A stretch of DNA of 45,861 nt, from assembly GCA_900128395.1 (NCBI GenBank), contig LT649286.1, positions 1-45,861 on the forward strand. Reading direction: 5' to 3'. Within the stretch, counting starts at the first letter, position 1, and the number at the start of each line of letters is the position of its first letter. The translations under genes and the position numbers were made by a program. The notes under the pieces were generated by a model that was not told the DNA's origin, did not search any database, and saw only the letters and a program-made list of their open reading frames with translations. This DNA is from Stramenopiles sp. TOSAG23-2 (lineage: Eukaryota). Shown here one piece after another: positions 41,628 through 45,861 of the stretch.

Positions 41628-44600
41628 TCAGTCGTCATCGCAACAACTCATTAATTCACAACAAGTGGCACAAGTATCACACAATCTTCCAAGGTGTTCT
41701 AAACAGTCAGTTAATTCCCCCTCTTCACCGAGGAAAGTTTCACAATCATCACAAAGACATTTTTTGCAATGTTCGCAATACTCAGGCATACCCAATAGAT
41801 AAGTTGTAATACCAGACGTTGCAATCACAGAAATTTCACCAACTTCGGATTTTTCGAGACTCATGCATCGACGTAATTTTATTGCCGTAAATATGGATTT
41901 TAGCGCCGAAGCAAAAGCTAACAAAATGACAAAAGTTGACATCCCCAGGGCAATTAAACCTTCAAATGTAACTTGTTTGTTACCAAACTCGCCAAATTTT
42001 ATTGCAAGTTGGATGCCATTGATAAATAATAAGTCAAATATTAATGCATTTGGATGCGGATCAATTATATTCCATTGTAAATATGTTATCATATAATTCG
42101 GCATGACTGGCCATAAGGATACAGGGCATCCCGGTATTTTGTACCATAAAAACGACAAATTTGACCCTGCAGTAAACAAAATTAGCGGAAAGCATTTCCG
42201 TTTACAATTTCTAGAAGTCTTTACTTTAAAATAAAAGCACGGGCATATCAAGAAATGAACACACGAGCTGCGAGAACACTCTTCTAATTGAAAGCTACAG
42301 CTTATGCTTTTACCCGTTTCTTCGGGCTCAGAAAACTGATAAATTACACGACCCAATATCGTTACCACCAGCCTAATAAGTACCAAAACACAGATCGCGT
42401 AGAATGAATAGATGCGTAAAAAGTCATACCAATTACCAAATATAGGTAAATATGGCATATCAAAGATGTATATAGGCAACCGGACCACGCTGATTTTGGA
42501 TTTCCAATGTAAACCAACATCAAACTCTTTTACAAAGTGATCTAAAACATGTCTTTCTTGGGACGTACTTATTACCCTGAAGGAGCAATTTTCGATTTGG
42601 TATAAGTCTGCAAGGGGCTCATAAATAACCTGTGGCGATGAAAAGTTTTTAATAAACTGATTCAATTGTACTGGTCTACAATACTTTCGAAGGTCATTAC
42701 AAGATTCCGATTCATTGATGCTGATAAAGCGAGTGCAAGCACTTTTATCAAATGCAAATATAACAGAACGTGGTCCTAAATAATCGAAGACTGCATATAA
42801 TAGGATATTTGAAAATGCCAAGGTGGAAAGTATTAAACTAGTAAAAAACAAGTTCCTGATTCTAAATAAATCTACATGGGAAGCACGACGATTCATCTCT
42901 GGGGGTATACCATATACATCTTTTACTGGGGAATAAGTAATTGCTTCAGATTTACTAGCCCCATAAATATCGATCATTGCTTTGCTTTCGCTAATAAAAC
43001 AGCAGAAAAATTCTTTCCAAGATATAAATCTTGGGCAACATCCAATCAAAGAACATTGTTTTGCATAAAATTCTGACTTTATGTCTAACACATAAACCTG
43101 TATAACTTCACCTTTGATCCCAGAAGTTTTAACTCCAGGTTTATGATCATCATCATCGTTATCACCTTTGATCTCCAAGATTTTAACTCCACGTTTACGC
43201 TCACCATCATCACGGCGTAATTTTTTACCAGTAGATGATTTCTTTTTTGGTGATTTACTCTGTTTTGAACGATCATCATCATCTATATCTGATTCATCAT
43301 CGTCATCTTTTCCACCTTTGATTTCAGATGTTTTAACTCCACATTTACGCTCACCATCATTAAATTTAATATCATACGTTCCATCATCGTTTACACGTGT
43401 TACTTCACCACCGTAATATTTTGTCCACCCTTTTACTTTTGCTTCTACACGATCACCACGGCGATGTTTTTTAGTACTTTTACGGGAAGATGATCGATCA
43501 TCAAAATCAGATTCATCATCGTCTTCATCTTCACCTCCTTTAATTTGTGATTTTTTTACACCACGTTTACGCTCACCATCATCGAATTTAATATCATACG
43601 TTCCATCATCGTTTACACGTGTTACTTCACCACCGTAATATTTTGTCCACCCTTTTACTTTTGCTTCTACACGATCTCCACGACGATTTTTGTTATTACT
43701 ACTGCTGCTGCTACTATTATTATTGTTGTTACTGCTGCTGCTACTATTATTATTGTTGTTACTACTGCTGCCGCTACTATTATTATTGTTGTTACTGCTG
43801 CTGCCGCTACTATTATTATTGTTGTTACTACTGCTGCTACTATTATTATTGCTATTACTTGTTGTTACTACTGCTGCTACTATTATTATTGCTATTACTA
43901 CTGCTGCTGTTATTTGTTGTATCACTGTTGGTTAATAGCATCATCATATGTGGTTTCTTTTTCTTCCCATCTGTATTAGGAACTTGCTTTAACTTATTCT
44001 CTTTATCCAATTGAAATTTAATTTTTTCAAAATTGTTCGTAACGGTTTCGATCAACTTTGACTTATTCCTGTATATATTCGATCTGTTTCCAATCTCCCC
44101 CACCGTGCATAAAAAGTATAAACGTTCCATGTTTACCTTCTTCAGTTCCAACTCTTTTTCTACTGGTTTATTCAAGTCCACGTCCCAAGTGCTGGTGAAC
44201 ACTGTAACGTATATTGTGCCATTGTTGCCTTTTCTCATACTTTTACACTGTTTTAATAATTTCCGTTCGCTTTTTGTTTTCGTTTTCTTCTTTTGCTTAG
44301 GCGTGTTCTGTTTCTCAGCACGTGCACGTTTCCTGCTATCGTTGATTGTTATCAATACATGTTCATGCATTAATGATACTATACTGCCAGTGCTGATTGC
44401 ATCCACTTGTTCATTTGTCGTTATTATTATTTGTGGTATATGTTTCAACATTTTTAGAATGGATAATAACTTAACAACATACTTTGCATTTTGTGAATGA
44501 AGCTCTATAATAACCATCTCTACATCCTGAAGCTTGTCTGTACTGTGTTCCAAATACCAATACAAATCGAAGAACGTAGTTACAACAACATCAACATTTT

Positions 44601-45582
44601 CATGAGGCTCAAGTTGGTCATACGGAACAATGTTTAATGTTTTTTCTGCTTGTTTTAAACAATTATACATCTCTTCCATCTTGCTTGAATCATGTGTTAC
44701 TACAAGTGTAACCATAAGTTGTGATCTATCTACTTCCCGTTCGACCGGTTTGTTGATATACATAGCATTTATTTTGCGACATATATATTCTACAAAAAAT
44801 TCTAATTTGCACGAACGTGAGACGATGTACATATTTTTGTTTTGTATCAAATACGGAAACATAACTTGTTCAAGGAGACAATGGCCTGGTTTCATAATGT
44901 ACAAAGGATGTTCTGCTTTCATACCGTACAAATTTTCCGTTGTACTGGTACATTCAATTCGTTGTTCTTCTTTTGGATACGTTGATGCAATTGTTACTTT
45001 ATTTTTGGTTAACAATGCTGTACTCCATCTGTCAATGCAACATTTACAATATTTTATATCTTCTGTTTTATGAATTTTTGCATTCAATGTATTTTTTACA
45101 GAATCTAAGAAATTGGTAACTATATTTAATTGATGCTGCAGCTCCCCTCTATCACTAGCTATCTTATCTGGATGGCATTTTTTTCCCAAACGTAATATAA
45201 TTTTACGACATTGTACAATACTATATGTATGATCATCTTGGCTTGACACAACATTTGCAAGTGCATGTACTTGTTTATAATAATGTGGGTATATTAATAA
45301 TTGTACGTCACTGCAATATGCTGCAAATTCTTTGAATGTAATGTTTTCTGGTGAAGGCAATTTGCTTACCAGTTCTTTTGCTATACAATACATAAAACGT
45401 GGATAATCTTTTTGTATTGTTGGTAGTATATGATCAAAAATATATTCCTTTCGTGACCTTGTACCTTTGATATAATAATCATTTGCATAGTATAAAAAGT
45501 TATGAACTGTTTCTATATTTGATATAAAATCTTCATCAATGTTTAATATTTTTTCGACTTTTTCTTTTGTAGATGTCGTCAT
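41628..45582 (-). CDS. Frameshifted mosaic gene: HPD (J-domain-like) motif, degenerate DEAD-box-like domain, Asn/Ser repeat, Tudor-like repeats, multi-pass TM region, Cys-rich tail
   Basis: ORFs 43855-45582 and 41628-43925 overlap inside an Asn/Ser repeat. Removing one copy of a perfect 40-nt duplication (43820-43899) gives one 3915-nt frame (1304 aa). Confidence 0.62.
43317..43685 (-). repeat. Two near-identical Tudor/SH3-like coding repeats, 222 nt apart
   Basis: RRGDRVEAKVKGWTKYYGGEVTRVNDDGTYDIKF twice; about 90 nt identical at DNA level (43363-43454 versus 43585-43676). Confidence 0.9.
43690..43920. repeat. Compound trinucleotide repeat encoding poly-Asn/poly-Ser
   Basis: Repeated (aat/aac)n(agt/agc)n units on the minus strand. 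Confidence 0.95.
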
Positions 45583-45716
45583 TCTATTGTAGTTCTATTG
45601 TAGTTTTACAAAAAAAAAAAATACTTCTATATATATATATATATAACAGTAAATAATAATAATAATACAAACGATATGTTTGTTATCTACAATATTTTTT
45701 GATATGTGTATGTATT

Positions 45717-45741
45717 TGTGTGTGTGTGTGTGTGTGTGTGT
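45717..45741. repeat. (TG)n microsatellite
   Basis: Uninterrupted TG dinucleotide run in intergenic sequence. Confidence 0.95.
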
Positions 45742-45861
45742 TTAGTTATTTTTTTATTATACTCTACGTCGTTAAAGCTGTCGAACTATCTTATGTGCCA
45801 TTATACCATGCTGTGTACTCGCTATATGGAGCTTTTTTTGGTATTTTCCATACCCTAACGT

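Noticed and set aside
43317-43685. Direct repeats that might suggest a CRISPR array or LTRs
   Set aside because: They are in-frame protein domain repeats, too long and too few for CRISPR, in a eukaryotic context, with no cas or retroelement genes.
43619-44014. Poly-Leu and poly-Tyr/Cys ORFs (also 27306-27524 and 2104-2340)
   Set aside because: Alternative readings of Asn/Ser trinucleotide repeats.
45853-45858. CCCTAA at the right edge as a telomere
   Set aside because: A single hexamer, not an array.
1-45861. tRNA, rRNA or transposase genes
   Set aside because: None recognised by eye; a tRNAscan and Rfam run would be needed to exclude small RNAs.

Overview
AT-rich, gene-dense, almost intron-free eukaryotic DNA in the standard genetic code (TAA, TAG and TGA all end genes). 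The gene families suggest a flagellated protist, probably a stramenopile; this is inference only. About 19 protein-coding loci are supported: a docking-domain + tandem GAF protein running off the left edge (missing from the ORF track), a full-size ABCA transporter, two class I methyltransferases, NOP10, FAD synthase, a ZC3H15/TMA46-like protein, a Kelch-BTB protein, a large ARM-repeat protein, Rab21, an ankyrin protein and several hypotheticals. The main finding is a head-to-head pair of voltage-sensor (S4)-fused class III adenylyl cyclases with reciprocal catalytic defects. One has lost both metal-binding Asp residues. The other has lost the transition-state Asn and the VKG Lys. Together they look like a C1/C2-type obligate heterodimer split over two genes that share one promoter region. 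Other oddities: two 5'-truncated genes fused back to back near 19.59 kb, a TMA46 with an OB-fold-like block in place of its zinc fingers, a mosaic gene broken by a perfect 40-nt duplication, a MITE-like inverted-repeat family and a recurring promoter palindrome, TACCWGGTA. All family assignments come from motif recognition by eye; no database search was run.
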